Positions 51,325 to 63,640 of a stretch of 64,000 nucleotides of DNA are shown piece after piece; position 1 is the stretch's first letter, and each line of letters starts with the position of its first letter. Made by a program: the position numbers and the translations under genes. This DNA is from Haplodiscus bocki (Eukaryota). Location: positions 14,508,001-14,572,000 of the forward strand of contig OZ296655.1 of NCBI GenBank assembly GCA_965655095.1. Reading direction: 5' to 3'. The notes below the pieces were generated by a model. That model was not told the origin of the DNA and ran no database searches. It was given only the letters and a program-made list of their open reading frames with translations.

Positions 51325-52140
51325 ATTTTTCAAGAAAACGCAGTGTGACACAAGTACAACCAGAAATACGGAAAAGAAACCAAGACTCCTGTGTCAGTTC
51401 TCAGTTTAATCGGCAAGTCAATCAAAGTCACTTTTGAAAAACTTTTTGAAGACAACATCTGAGAAAATGATGAAAGAGCAAGCACCGCCTCCGAGTTTCT
51501 CGAAAAAATCTCAAGGAAGCATGCGTTGCGGGTTGAAGAGAGGGAAGGTGTTCATCATTAGAACTCAGTTGCTTTCAACAAACACTTGGTACACAGAAGG
51601 TAAGCTTGGTGCCGATATTTATTAACAACAGGAGAAACGCCTGGAAAGTAGTGAAATTTCGGAGGACTTTTCCATGGAAGCAACTCTTGTTAACAACTAG
51701 GATTGAGAAAAAAAGTCACGTGACACAATTGAAAAGTTAATTACAGATGGGCTGGAGTTAAGAAGTTTACCTTGATCATCTATGTTCCTTAGCAGACATT
51801 TCTGAAGCTTTTATTTATTCCAAACCCACCTCTTTGAATGAAAGACCTTGACCATTTCCTCAAAAAAAAATGTTCCACGATGGAGTAAAAAACTTTCGTG
51901 AACGTATATCTTTCAACCCAGTGGACATTTTTTACATAATATTTGTCGAAATAAGATTCTTGAATGTTATAATGCTGCCATGGGCATTTCATTTCGGTAA
52001 GATCAGTTGCCCAATTTCCCTCCAGTTCTACCGCGAAGAATAAGAGTGTCCTGAAAGGAGCTAGCTTATTGGTTTTGTGAACTTCCACGGAAGCATTCGA
52101 AGATAGAGTATTTGTGTTGGTGATGTGGAGAAGAGTTCAT
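51325..52140 (-). pseudogene. Polinton minor capsid protein (penton, PX)
   Basis: The N-terminus LSSNASVEVHKTNKLAPFRTLL...ELEGNWATDLTEMKCPWQHYNI matches LpSNsSm.y.p.Nt...F.t.L...L.G.WevaL.Ei.yP..wyNi. The C-terminus reads LRTDTGVLVSF...VTLRF. Confidence 0.85.
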
Positions 52141-52314
52141 TTTCGGAGCAGAAGGCTGTGTTACGAGCACAGGGCTGATAAAAGCGTTTTGGAAAAATTG
52201 TAAACAAGAAGTATTATATTATATAAAAAGTCAAACAAAATGCGCGTACAAAATAACTATTTACGTTCGACTTGACATCAACGAAACAATTTGATGCAAC
52301 GAAGTCTTGTAGAA

Positions 52315-53200
52315 AAATAAAAAGATTCAACTCAGCCGTGTAAAACTTGCTCAGAATGACTTCACCCTCAGGTCATGAAATTTGTATGTGACAGGCCTTA
52401 ATTCTTTGGTACACATACTCAAAATACTTCTAAAACTTCTTTGGTATACTGTTGTTTCCATCCTATATGAAGCTGGAGAACTGCGAATGCGTTCGCCAAC
52501 TTGTTACTTTGGTTTCAAAGCGGTGGTAGAACGTTGCCTTTGCAGTGACACTAATTGTGGTACATGTTTCGCCCTGAAAAATTCAACCTTCAATCCATGA
52601 GATTTTTTCCGCTTTTGTTCCCCAGCGGTACAAACTTCTGAATTTGAGAAATTTACTTGAACGTTTCATTCTCTTCAAAAAAATTGTATAAAAAATTCAT
52701 TTTGTTCTAAGCTGCCCTTCAACCACCCAGCTTTTAGTTCCACTGAAAATTTGGTAAACTTCAGATTAATTGTCTCTACAGACTTGGACGAACTTTCCTT
52801 TGATATTTTGCTTTGTCAACACATTTTTTTATGGGGAACTCTAACGTTTCAAGTTTAATCACTTTGTTGAACGTCAGCATCGCTTCTGCAGCATTTTTTG
52901 ACTTTAATGGTAGAAGGCCGATTTTTTTGGGAGACTGTCCTTTGTCAGCAGGAGATACCTGTAACCATCAATGAGTTTTGCACTTCTTTCCACGTGAGCA
53001 ACACCCACAAAACATATGTGCTTGACACCAAAGGAAAGTGTACTGGCTTTAGTTAGGTTATAATTGCTGCTGATTGCACTTGGATGAGTAAGGGTTGTTT
53101 AATTGCTTGATAGTTTGCGATATTCAGTACGCTTAACGTTCTCTTATCAACTGATTTTGCCTTGCCCGTTTTATTTTGCCTCAATTGCGTTGAATTGTTA
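52315..53200 (-). pseudogene. Polinton retroviral-like (rve) integrase
   Basis: DGYRYLLLTKDSL...LPLKSKNAAEAMLTFNKVI, YQIFSGTKSWVVEGQLRT (Yst.setKs..aEr.iRt), KPK*QVGERIR, PVTYKFHDL...ILSKFYTAEL. Confidence 0.9.
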
Positions 53201-54229
53201 TATTTTTGTTCCAACTGTCAGTCAAGCGGTTTCTGTTAACAATCAATGCCATGACTTTTTTCGGGCGATTTTGCACTGGTAGGAGAAAGAAGTACATCAT
53301 GCACAAATACGGAATTAGTTGGCAATGTTTTGACGAAGCTGGAGATCACGGAAAAAATTCGGAATTCCCTGATTTCCCACTGAAAAATTGTCGCCCAGTG
53401 TTGTCGAAGTTTGTTCAATCCCACTGCCACTTCAGTCGATTTTTGAGACAGTAAAGGTTTCATCACAAGTGATTCTAATTACTGATTCAACAAAACCTCG
53501 CACCTTTTTTTGTAAGGTTGAATCAGATCTCCTGAAACTTAGGTTAACATTTTTTGCGGCTTTTGTTAATTTTGACGTTTTTGAGCCAAACTCTTTCAAT
53601 TTTGTATCCCGTCTCTAAATCTGTCTCTCCAGCCTTGTCTTGCTCTGTGACAGTTTTGTCCGAAATGGCTTTTGGTTCCAAAGAGGGTTCAAAGATACCT
53701 AATAGTTCTTGAGTAGGCTGATCGGAATCATGATTGTCAGATTTATTGCAGGTGCGTTCAGAAGGACAGACAAGAGAAATCAACTACGTAAGAAACAATA
53801 GGGGAAAAGTACGAATTCGTCCGTCGTTGTTTAAAATTTGAACCCGGTTCATTGAACAACAAGTTCCAAAGGTGAGTTTGTAGATTTTTCTTTGTTATAG
53901 AATTTTCATTTTGGTTACGCCAACAAAAAGTCAGAGCTGATCAACAATTTGAGGCCGCACGGGACAGAAAGGAAAATATGACCATTGATAGACTTCGTAT
54001 CGTTATATTGTAGTGTTTTTGAAGTTTTTGTGTGATATTCTGACTCTATATCACTGTTTCACGAGCCCATACGAAAAGTATTTTCTCTGGATAAAAGAAA
54101 CCTGACGGCAGTTGTGGTCCAGTACACGTTGCACGACAATGTGATAAGGAATTACTTTTTGGTTTGTTTTTGAAAAAACTTGGCCCATCTCTCAGCAGCG
54201 GCATTTAGTTTTTTGGATTGGGGAAAAAA

Positions 54230-54830
54230 TGTATCGCATTTAATCGTTAAAATTACTTGTTCATGTACAAAAACTCAGTGAATTGTGGCATGTAGTAGTG
54301 AAGTTAATCATCAAAGATTTAACGGGCATGGATGGTGTCTGCTAGTACGCCTCTTGTAATAAAGCCATAACAGCAAACTGGGCTCGGCACCAAAAAGTTT
54401 CAACTGCCGACCTGTTCTCCGATATTTTAACGTTCGAATATCGGTTGTGCTTTTGGCCAAGGTAACGCAATCTTTTCCTATTTGATCTAAAATGTAGGAG
54501 TGCTAATGACTTACGACGGAGTCTACATTTTGGGATGACACCGAAAATACACAACCAGTTGACTTCCAGGATGTTTTCAGTCCGAACTTTTGGAGGTCAC
54601 TACAATTCCGGAGAGAAGCAATTGCGGTGCGTTTTCCAAGAAAACGATCGTAAACAGGCTGCCCAAAGCAATAAAAAAATTTTCGATCACGGGAGTAAAA
54701 TATACCATCTCAGTGCTTTACCTTGTTCATTAACAGACAAGTCTCGCTCATTTCAGGAGACCCAAAGACGCACGTGAAAACCCGGGAATAAATGGAAGCT
54801 TTTTATCTCGAGTTTTTTTTAATATTCGGG
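54230..54830 (-). pseudogene. Polinton A32/FtsK-like DNA packaging ATPase
   Basis: Degenerate Walker A CVFGSPEMSET (~54770-54738), then GIFY...KFFYCFGQPVYD, VTLAKSTTDIRTLKYRRTGRQLKLFG (tidlNtthiilfKspR..Q...lG) and LLQEAY...LMINF...HNSLSFC. Confidence 0.75.
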
Positions 54831-57419
54831 TTTCTTGGAAAGTTCACCATTCTGTAACAAACAGGCAGTACAACAGAAAAGAAACCTTGCTCCAGCTGTT
54901 CCTCCATCACAACCTAATGAAGAAACAATTAGCATTCTGACCGTAGAGGACAAAACTGAGAAAAAGTACGAAAAATAATTGCCAGGAGAACATGAAAAAC
55001 TTACGGTTGATGTTTCGGTTGAAAATAAACCACGTATCACCGTTCTCATCCCGGTTATCCACATCATCCAAAAAATCGTTCAATGCTTTTGTCACTGTTG
55101 GTTTCTGACAGCGAGTGCAATCAAGGTAGTCTTCTACATAAAATTTCGAATGTGATTTACTTGAGTGTACTTCAGGTTTTTCCAAGAGGTTCATAAAAGT
55201 CGACTTGTACCGTTTTGACCTTGCGTATCGCAATATTTCGGAACTTTTTTTAGATCGTTTTCTGCAGAGGTCCGCCTGGCAGTGGCAGGACCTTTGCTCC
55301 CACCGTTCGCCTTTTCTGAAACACTTGTTGGAGAAATCAAATAGGTCGGAAGTGGAACGCAAGGTGCTGAGTTACACAAAAGTTTCCTGACACTTCTAGT
55401 CAAATTTGCTGGTACACCTCGTATTGCTCTCTAGAACAAAACTCAGTTCCAGTGACGACAAAGTGTCCAAAAAAAGAAAATCAAACACTATTTGAAGACA
55501 AAAAATCTGGGCTGAAGATCGGTATCTGTTCTTTCGCGGCCCACGCTGGAGGTTTTCCCACATTGAAACGACCGTGTGGTTGATTCTGATTCTCCGGTCG
55601 TTTTTTGATGATTTTGTTAAATAGCAGACTTCTTGACATTGTTCCAACTGATTTGATTTCCCGTCAGCTCAACTGGTTAGCTCTTTTCTTGTTTATCCGC
55701 TATATGCAAATAATAGGAAAAAACATTACGATAGATTCGTTTGATAAGTACAACTGCACTCCGTCTACTTGTTTCCACTTTTTTCCTGGAGACTTCCAGT
55801 CTGAAGCAGTAAAAAATTAGGTGGACGCTTTTTTCCGCAAATGACGCGCAGGAAATCACAGTCAATTTTTAACTGTAAACACGAGATCACAAAAAGTTTC
55901 GAGCGGAAAAAAAATCTGAACAAAACTGAAAGCTCTTTTCATGGAACATTGTTAGCTCCAAACTAAGTTTTAGAGCGTAAAGCTACATTCTTGGCTGATT
56001 CATTCGTCCGAAGTGGTGCCACATTTCCATCCAATATTGGAGATGACCCATTTCTCCACTTTTTCGAAAGGTTCTCATTGTGTGCTCCAGTGTCACGGGC
56101 ACCGCTTTCTTCATCAGAGCTACTCATATTTTCTTTTCGGGAGTAATCATCTAGACTTACTTCCTGTAATTGGTCAATAATGGAAGTGGCCCGTAAAGAA
56201 TAGTTGTTTGGAACGCCTGCTGATGTTGAAGATCGACCTCCTGCAACAATGGATGCAAAATCGGAAAGATGTTGGCTTGAGCGGTTGAGATTGACCGTTA
56301 TATTGGGTTTGCTGTTGATCATTGGCTCTTGCATTTGCCGGTAAGCTGTAGACTGTTCAAGGTTGAAATGGTGGCTAACTTTTGATGCTTGATTATTTTT
56401 TAACACAGCATGAGCGCATCAAGAGCTTTGAGAATAAAAACTGTCTGAAGCTGTATCTTTGTTAAAACTCCAAGCGCAAATTAATGACAAGTCACAATCA
56501 CCTCCAGGACTTTGAATCAGACGCTGTGGGTACTATGGTAACTTGTACTCTTGTTCCACATGTAAGCTGAAAAACTTATGTTGCAAGTAGATGAGCCTTG
56601 ATTCAAGATGGCTGAGAGGTTTTCATACACAAGCGTAGACATCGAAACTTGGAAATGTCGGGTGTAAAAAATGTTAATTTGATTTCGGAAACAATCTCCT
56701 GCCTGTGAAATAAAGTTATCTCGAAAAGTTTAAGTAATCATGGCTGAAGTTTTGCTCTCCAGTATTCTACATTACTCGTCCCAGTTAATCTCCAAATAAC
56801 TGAGCTGTCCCAAACCATCCACTGGAGCGTCAACACAAACCCCAGTTCTTGACCATTCGAAGACCGCGTATACTTTAGGATCAAATCATTATCGAGACGC
56901 TTGCTTCGAAGAAGTCAAAGGAGCCGAAACTTCTTATGCGAAACGAAAGTCCGCGAAGAGCCGGATGAAGGAACACAAGCAATCATTTTCTTTTTGAGAA
57001 CGATTATGCTCGTAATGTTGATAGTCACTTCAGTGAGGACAAACAATAATTCGATGGGTTGAAAAGTTTCAATCTCAACCAAGAAAAGAAGACTACGCCG
57101 GTTATATGACACAGTATTTAGTGAATTTTGGTGAGACGGTAAGTTAACCACATAATCATAGTCTGAGACCTGTTTGCGGATCCATACCAGTGACCAATAA
57201 AGTAATGAAGCACAGCATGTATTTTGAAAAAACAAAGTTGACAATAAAGAGAAGACAAAATGCATTCTTAACATTCCTAACGCATTTCCGAGTCCTTCTA
57301 CTTCAACCAAAGGGACTTGTGAGACAACTCAGAAGCACTTGTAAACAGCACGATTGTCACTAAAAGCTACGGAAGATCACCTGTTTCTTTAACGAGAAAA
57401 AAAGGCAAAAAGAGCAGGT

Positions 57420-57860
57420 GATTGAATTGTAATTGACTCGTGACAGAATAAACTGGTTCAAGGGGATATTTGTTATAGACCACCGCTTCAACAGCAAATC
57501 ATTAGTTGTTTCCTGCTATCACGTCTCGATTTAGTTCACCTAGCAAGTTATAGCTAACACCCGTAGTAAGTTTATGAAGTTTGCGACATTTTTCAAACAA
57601 CGTTTCAACTTTTTGATCGCGAAGTACAACAAAAATCCAGGACAAAAAACCTGGATGATAGGACAAGAATGAAAATGTAGGAAGTTTACTATTTGTGGAC
57701 CTTTGTTTAAATTTTAGGAATTCACGAAAAAGACCAAATAAAATCAAAACACCAAACCTACTTTTTGAATTAAAAACAGTCAAAACATTGACCTTTCGCA
57801 CGTTCTTTTTTCATTAAGCCACCGGCTTTTCCCTCGATATTATATTCAAGTTACTGTTTC
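57420..57860 (+). pseudogene. Probable Polinton adenain-like cysteine protease (opposite strand)
   Basis: FKGIFVID...NPGQKTWMI...LLFVDL...QNIDLS follows the order F.GvfpaD / N...PGeHW / yFDS / Q...CG. The catalytic His and Cys are not preserved. Confidence 0.4.
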
Positions 57861-57974
57861 TCGTGTCCCCACACACAAGTTCTTCTGAAACTCAAACAGA
57901 TTTTTTGCTCTTAGCTAGGAGGACACTTCATGTGCGACTGTCAATTTGCATATTCGGAGCTGTGCTTCAATCTC

Positions 57975-58150
57975 TCCTCCATCAACTTTGTTTTTTGTTT
58001 GCAATCCAATCCTTCAGTTGTTTCCAGTCGTCTTCTATCAAGCTGAAGCCATCTTTCATTGAGCACAGGAAAAAAACTAAAGATCGAATATGGATAATGT
58101 ACCCTTCTTTGCTGTGTTTAAAAACTTGTAAGTCCCTTCTTTCTCTTCAC
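57975..58150 (-). pseudogene. PC4/Sub1-like ssDNA-binding protein
   Basis: LQVFKHSKEGYIIHIR...KDGFSLIEDDWKQLKDWI matches the PC4 signature IdIR...kkGisL..eqW..Lk..i. Confidence 0.6.
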
Positions 58151-60009
58151 GTCTTCACAAAAAAACTCGGATTACCTGGACTGCTTGTTTTAAACACCAG
58201 TTGACACTGTCTTTTTTAGTTAACAAAAAATACCTGACACGAATGCGGTGTACCATATTCCTCATGTTGCTAAACGTTTCCTGGGATCCGACATATAAGG
58301 AGTCAAGGGTGTCGTCGAATTTAATACATCTGTTTTAGATGAGTCTGTACGTTCTGGTCCAGCCTTTGTCTCGTTTTTCAGCCTCTTCTTTCACTGCCTT
58401 CGTTTTTCAGGCGTAACTATTGCTATTTTTTCAAGACTAGAAGTAAAAGGGCTAACTTTCTAAAAAACTTCAAGTGCAACTGTTTATGGCGCTTTCACTG
58501 GAACTTAAAGGCGAAGAACAGTCGTGGCACAAACGCAAGAATCATGGAAATTTCAGCAAAGAAACAACTTTTGAACTTCCAAAACACCTCAGACACCGTC
58601 AATTCTGTATCCGCACTGATATTAACATCAAAAAAGAACGACGCTGATTTTATACTCAACGTTTTTTTCCTTCAGTTTCTGGGTTAGCTCAGCACACATA
58701 TTGTGATTAGCGGGAAGAAGAGTTGTGTCAAACGCCCATAAACACCCCTGAATTTCACAAAGAATAGGAATTTAGTTTGTTTCTGCGATCAGTCAATTCT
58801 AGATAAAGCACTGTAACTATCGCCGAAAGACATTGTAAAAAATAATCTCAAGTCATCAGCTCAGCTTCACCAGTCCGTAATAGATAACTAAGTATTCTCA
58901 GAAGTACTTTACAAAACCAAAAGACGTCGAGTTACCTGACGTGATATTAGAAACGTGTTTTTCTCTGGTTACACGAGCGTTTCTTCTGATAAATTTTGTT
59001 CTGATTTGACTGGTCTTAATTCAGTAAATCAATTCAGAGAAAAGGCTGCGCATTTCATGAGTTTCACCCAAAAAAAACTTTTCAAATGTCTCCGGATTGA
59101 ACGTTTTCTCAATTGGTGTGCTTAACTTCACGGCCTTCAGTTTGCAAACGTTGTGTTCCGGTCCAGACTAAGGCTGTGTAGCATTAGGTAGTAAATTTGG
59201 GCCTCAAGGCTGCAAAATTTATCAGTAGGCACATCAAACGGTATTTCATCCGTGATCCGTCCCAAACAAATGCCAACAAGAGTATGTGAGCTCCACCGGG
59301 ACGCATCGTAATCAAGAACAAACGAAAAACTTTCAAAATTGCAGTAGAGATTATCTTTGGAATCCTTTACAAGTTGCTTGTTTTTGAGAAGGACATTTGA
59401 GGCATAGGATGTTGAGAAATGCTGCAAGTCGACATTTGATTTTCGAGGAGCGTCGGCGGCAACCTCTATCAGTTGATACTGCAAAAATTAGGAAGTCATC
59501 TCCAACTGAAGTGGCTTTTGTCACGCTTTTGGTCTTGGATGTTTCGTACCCGATAACTTCTCGATAAAAGTGTACATATCTCGTTTCAGGCACTTGTCTT
59601 TCATTCTGAGATAAATTGAAACGAATCATGTTTTTTGAAAATTTGAATTAGTTGAGGGCAACACTCTCTTTTTTATCCAGTTCCTTCAAATATGCCAACT
59701 TATAATAACAAACACACTTGTTATAAAAGTCGCTGATTTCGGAACCTCAACAGTTTAACTGGAGCCGTCGCGAAACCTTGTTTTTAAACTCAAGAATTTT
59801 GTTGTCGTACATTTTGCACAGAGACACAGATCTTCTGCTTCTCGAAATCTCCAAATTTCCGCCACACCGACAATACGATGTGTATGTCCGGAAGCAACTT
59901 CTCGTATCCCTAAAGGCGTCCTTTTAAACAAGTAACATCGGATTCATAATAAAATTTTAGTTCGTGCTCGAATTAGTAGGTCAAGCTGTTTTCTTGCTCA
60001 AGTTTAAAT

Positions 60010-63000
60010 TCTCCTGCGTGCTAATTGAGACACAAAGTAAAATTTCGTTGCCCTTTCATGGAAGTAATTGAAAAAACAAGTCGAAAAAACATTTCCTCTT
60101 TATAGGCAAAGTCCTATTGTTGGGAGCCACACCGGAGAAACCAGTTTTGCTACCTCAAACAGAACAATGATGACAATTGACAGACACAATTTGCCTCTGA
60201 CTACCTTGCTGCCTAAGTCACCGTATCAAAAGCTGTGAATTTCAGTGCTACGTTGTGAAAATAACGTTTCTGTCGATGCTCGAAATTGGGGAAAACACAC
60301 TTTGTGATTTCATCCCGATTGAAGGTACTCGGAAACATCCATAGAGGGATAGGAACAAAAACGCAAGATTCGGTGACTCAAATGTTTCCTACTCTCGTTT
60401 GAAACAACTTTGTTCCCCGGAAAAAAATCCGGTGTGTATTTTTTGTCAAAACAGCCTTTCCAAACATCTTGAAGAGACGAATGCACTTCCCAACTAAGCA
60501 ACGAACCATTCAGTTTTTGAACACGATCTGTGCTACTAAAGACATCGTTGAAAAAATTATTGTTGCAATCAGAGCCCACTTAGGTTGTTTTTTTCGCGAA
60601 TCGAAATCTCGATTGCTAGTAGAATCGGCTTATGATGGCTTTCGTTTCCACAATTTTGATCAACTTCGATGTCAAACACGTAAAGGTGACGATCTGGTGG
60701 TTTCTGTGTGGAGGCACAAATCGTTGGCTTGTTAAAATCATAGACTCCTTCGGTTTGCTTCTTTCTACTTTTTGCTGCTTTGCTGCGCTGTGGTGTTCAA
60801 AGATTATCAAATTTTTTGTTTCGCCTTCAGTTAAAATCTGGTCAACACCTTTACTGCTTTGGAAACTGCAGGAGGGAGTAGCATCGACTGTGGCTGGTTT
60901 GGCATATTTCAGCAGCCTTTGCAAGAAACACTGGTGTTCTTGTAATTTGCCCTTACAAACTGATACGAAATAAAAGAGTCAGAAAACAGTGCACCTTTTT
61001 TGGTCGAATGTGGTTTAAATGAGCTCTTTTGGGATTATTGTTGTTATAGGATATTATATCAAGATGGCAAACTCCAGTGATCAAGTGGCAGTCCGGGCGT
61101 TTTTTGAGGGCGTACTTCCCTTCAACACCCTCGCGATGGGATTGTAACAGTTTTACCAAAATTTGTTCATCAGTAGAGGTAGTTGTTCCAAAGTGTGGAA
61201 AACTTATGAAACCAGTTCGGTTAAAAGACCCTTGGTATCTTCAAAGCGTACTCCTGCTCGCTGCACATGAATCACATACGTGATTCAATATGGAGAAAGC
61301 TTTGTGGCAGCTGTAACAAAAATGGCCCGCGTCAAACAAACATCTCAAAGATTTTACCACATCTGTATGATAATTCTCAGCGTCAAATAGGAACTAGATC
61401 AATGTGTTGCTCGGCAGGTCGGTTACAACATTTCAGAAAAAACTCATGAAATTGATGTCATAAAGCAAAAAACAGAAGAAACGAAGAATGTTGGTTGTGG
61501 AAAGTTATTGGGGAAGACAGAAAGTCAACGATTTGATATGGGACTTTTGTAATCGGTCCAACTCTAACGCTGATTTGAGAACAATTTTGCCCAGTCTCTC
61601 TCTTATTACACAAGGTGGAATTTTGAGTGTTTTTAGCAAAAATGGGATATTTTTCAAGTTCTTAAATTAGATTTTGCATTTCCCGTAATTGCGTCGATAC
61701 GCAACCCAGTTGAAAGTCTTTTTGGCCTCACTGAGGAAGATGTTCATGAAGCTTGCTGGTGAACATTAACACCCACTGCAAGAACTTTGATCAGGCAATC
61801 TTTTTGAAGCTCCTTTTTAGTAGGAGTGACTTTTTCTGTTCCGCAAACCGTTTGATGTCAGGTACTATTTTGCATTGCATGCCTCCAATTTTTTCTACCC
61901 ATCGCATGCAAATACACCCTCACCACATTGATTTCTTGTTGTTGCTTTTATTAAAACCATCATTCGAGATCACGACAAGTGAATTTTCAGGAGCACAAGG
62001 TATGCGTTGAAGTCGTCGAGAGACGAAAACAGAACATGAATGGAGTAATTAAAAACAGGTAGTTGAGAACCAATCCGGTTCTGATTCACTGTCCCTGAAA
62101 GTCCTTTTGTACTTCACATGTTTTTTTGCGGATCAAGGGATTGAATTTATCACGATGTCTTCCTAGAACGCCCTCAAAATATGTGAAACAGACTCAATAG
62201 TCACGGTTAGCAGCTCTGAGCAATTCTCGCCCCTGTGGCATTTAGTTGATACCGTAGTATTGTTCAGGGTTGAAATCTATCAAACTATCTGTAACAGAAA
62301 GCGACTGAAAACTGCGAACTTCTTAGTTTTGTAGGGTTTTATCCAACTAGGGTTAACTCAGGAACTTTCTTTTTTTTCTCAGTTTTTATCTGAACAGCCC
62401 GATATATTCTCAATGAGTAACAGAAGACAAAAGGATTTTATCTGTTTTTTTAAGCTAGGTTCAAATAATACTATCAATGCATTAAAAAAACAGGATACAC
62501 TAATGAGAAATGATGAAAACGCTATAAAAAAGTCATCTTAGTCCAAGTCTTTGAAGAAGCGCGGAGGTGGCGGACAAGGCTCCCTGGAAGTTCTTCTAAG
62601 CATGTTGAGAATGCAAGTTGTTGAAGACTTCAACAATCACAGTGTCATCTATTACAGGTGATTGAAACCGTTAGCCACAGTGTTCCCATTTTTGACCGCG
62701 TTCAATCAGCAGCGGAACATCTACAGCAACAAGACCTTTTGAAAGATAGTAAAAGAGAACTTTTAATTTAATAACAAACAAGACGGCTACAACCAATATA
62801 TTTTGCGCCTTCGCATCTTTGTGAAGAAGTCTCTTAAGAAGAACAAAAAGTTTTTTTTCTCAGAAAAACGTCCTCTTCATCATATTTTCTAACTATACAA
62901 CTTTCAAACTTTTCTGATTTTTTGCCAAGAAAACCTCATGTTTAGGGCGGAAAATACTATTTTATGAAAGAATATATTCTGATGCATATTCTAAAGCAAT

Positions 63001-63640
63001 TTTGCAACATCTATCAATTTTGAGAAAAACTTCATGTTTTTTGAACGTTCTGAGAAATCTTACCATTTCAGTCGAATTTTACGCCAAATTTAAAAATCAC
63101 GTTCAATCACAAAAACATCTTGCCGATGTTGACATGAATGCAAATTGCAAACATCGGATGAAAAAAAAACGTCGGAAATGGCCTATGTGGGAGGAAAATT
63201 TCTGCTTTCAAATTCTTATTAAAAAATAACAAAACTTTTTTGCTCGATAAAGGTTTGCATGCATTGATATCTTTTAGCTGACAAAAGCACCATTATCATC
63301 ATCGTTGTCTGAACTAGGATTATCCGTACAATGTTCTGATTGGAAACTCGTTTCAGCAAACTTACTTGGTTCACTAGTTTTTTTCTTGTTCAAGGTATGG
63401 ATGCTTCTCAACTTCAACAATGTTGCACAATTGATGATTTTTTTATTGTTGACGGTTTCAGCTTCTACTAACTTTTTGTTTTCTGAAGCAGAAAGTTTCT
63501 TTTGGAATTGTTGCGGGCTGTTGGATGGCATCAAAGCGTTCAAAGGTAATTTTGCCTTCGTTTTTTTCCCAGTTGTATTTTCTTCGAATGAAGAAGTCCC
63601 GGCAGACTCGAGCCTTCTAATAATTCCATTATTCAATGGA
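60010..63640 (-). pseudogene. Protein-primed family B DNA polymerase (pPolB), interrupted by a short repeat
   Basis: Ordered remnants: DINACKPFI (~63260), HVNIGKMFL, FQG, SFQSLSV (ExoI DFES, ~62310), LPVF (ExoII, ~62060), NLKNIPFLLK (ExoIII), CGKIFEM, FQSSKG (NSsYG, ~60860), a degenerate DTDS region near 60590, PDFFPG (~60425) and the C-terminal FNYFHER. Confidence 0.8.
62775..63100 (+). mobile_element. Short interspersed repeat (family copy 4) inserted in PolB
   Basis: Reverse-complement match to 47150-47517; starts aacaagacggctacaacc. Confidence 0.8.
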
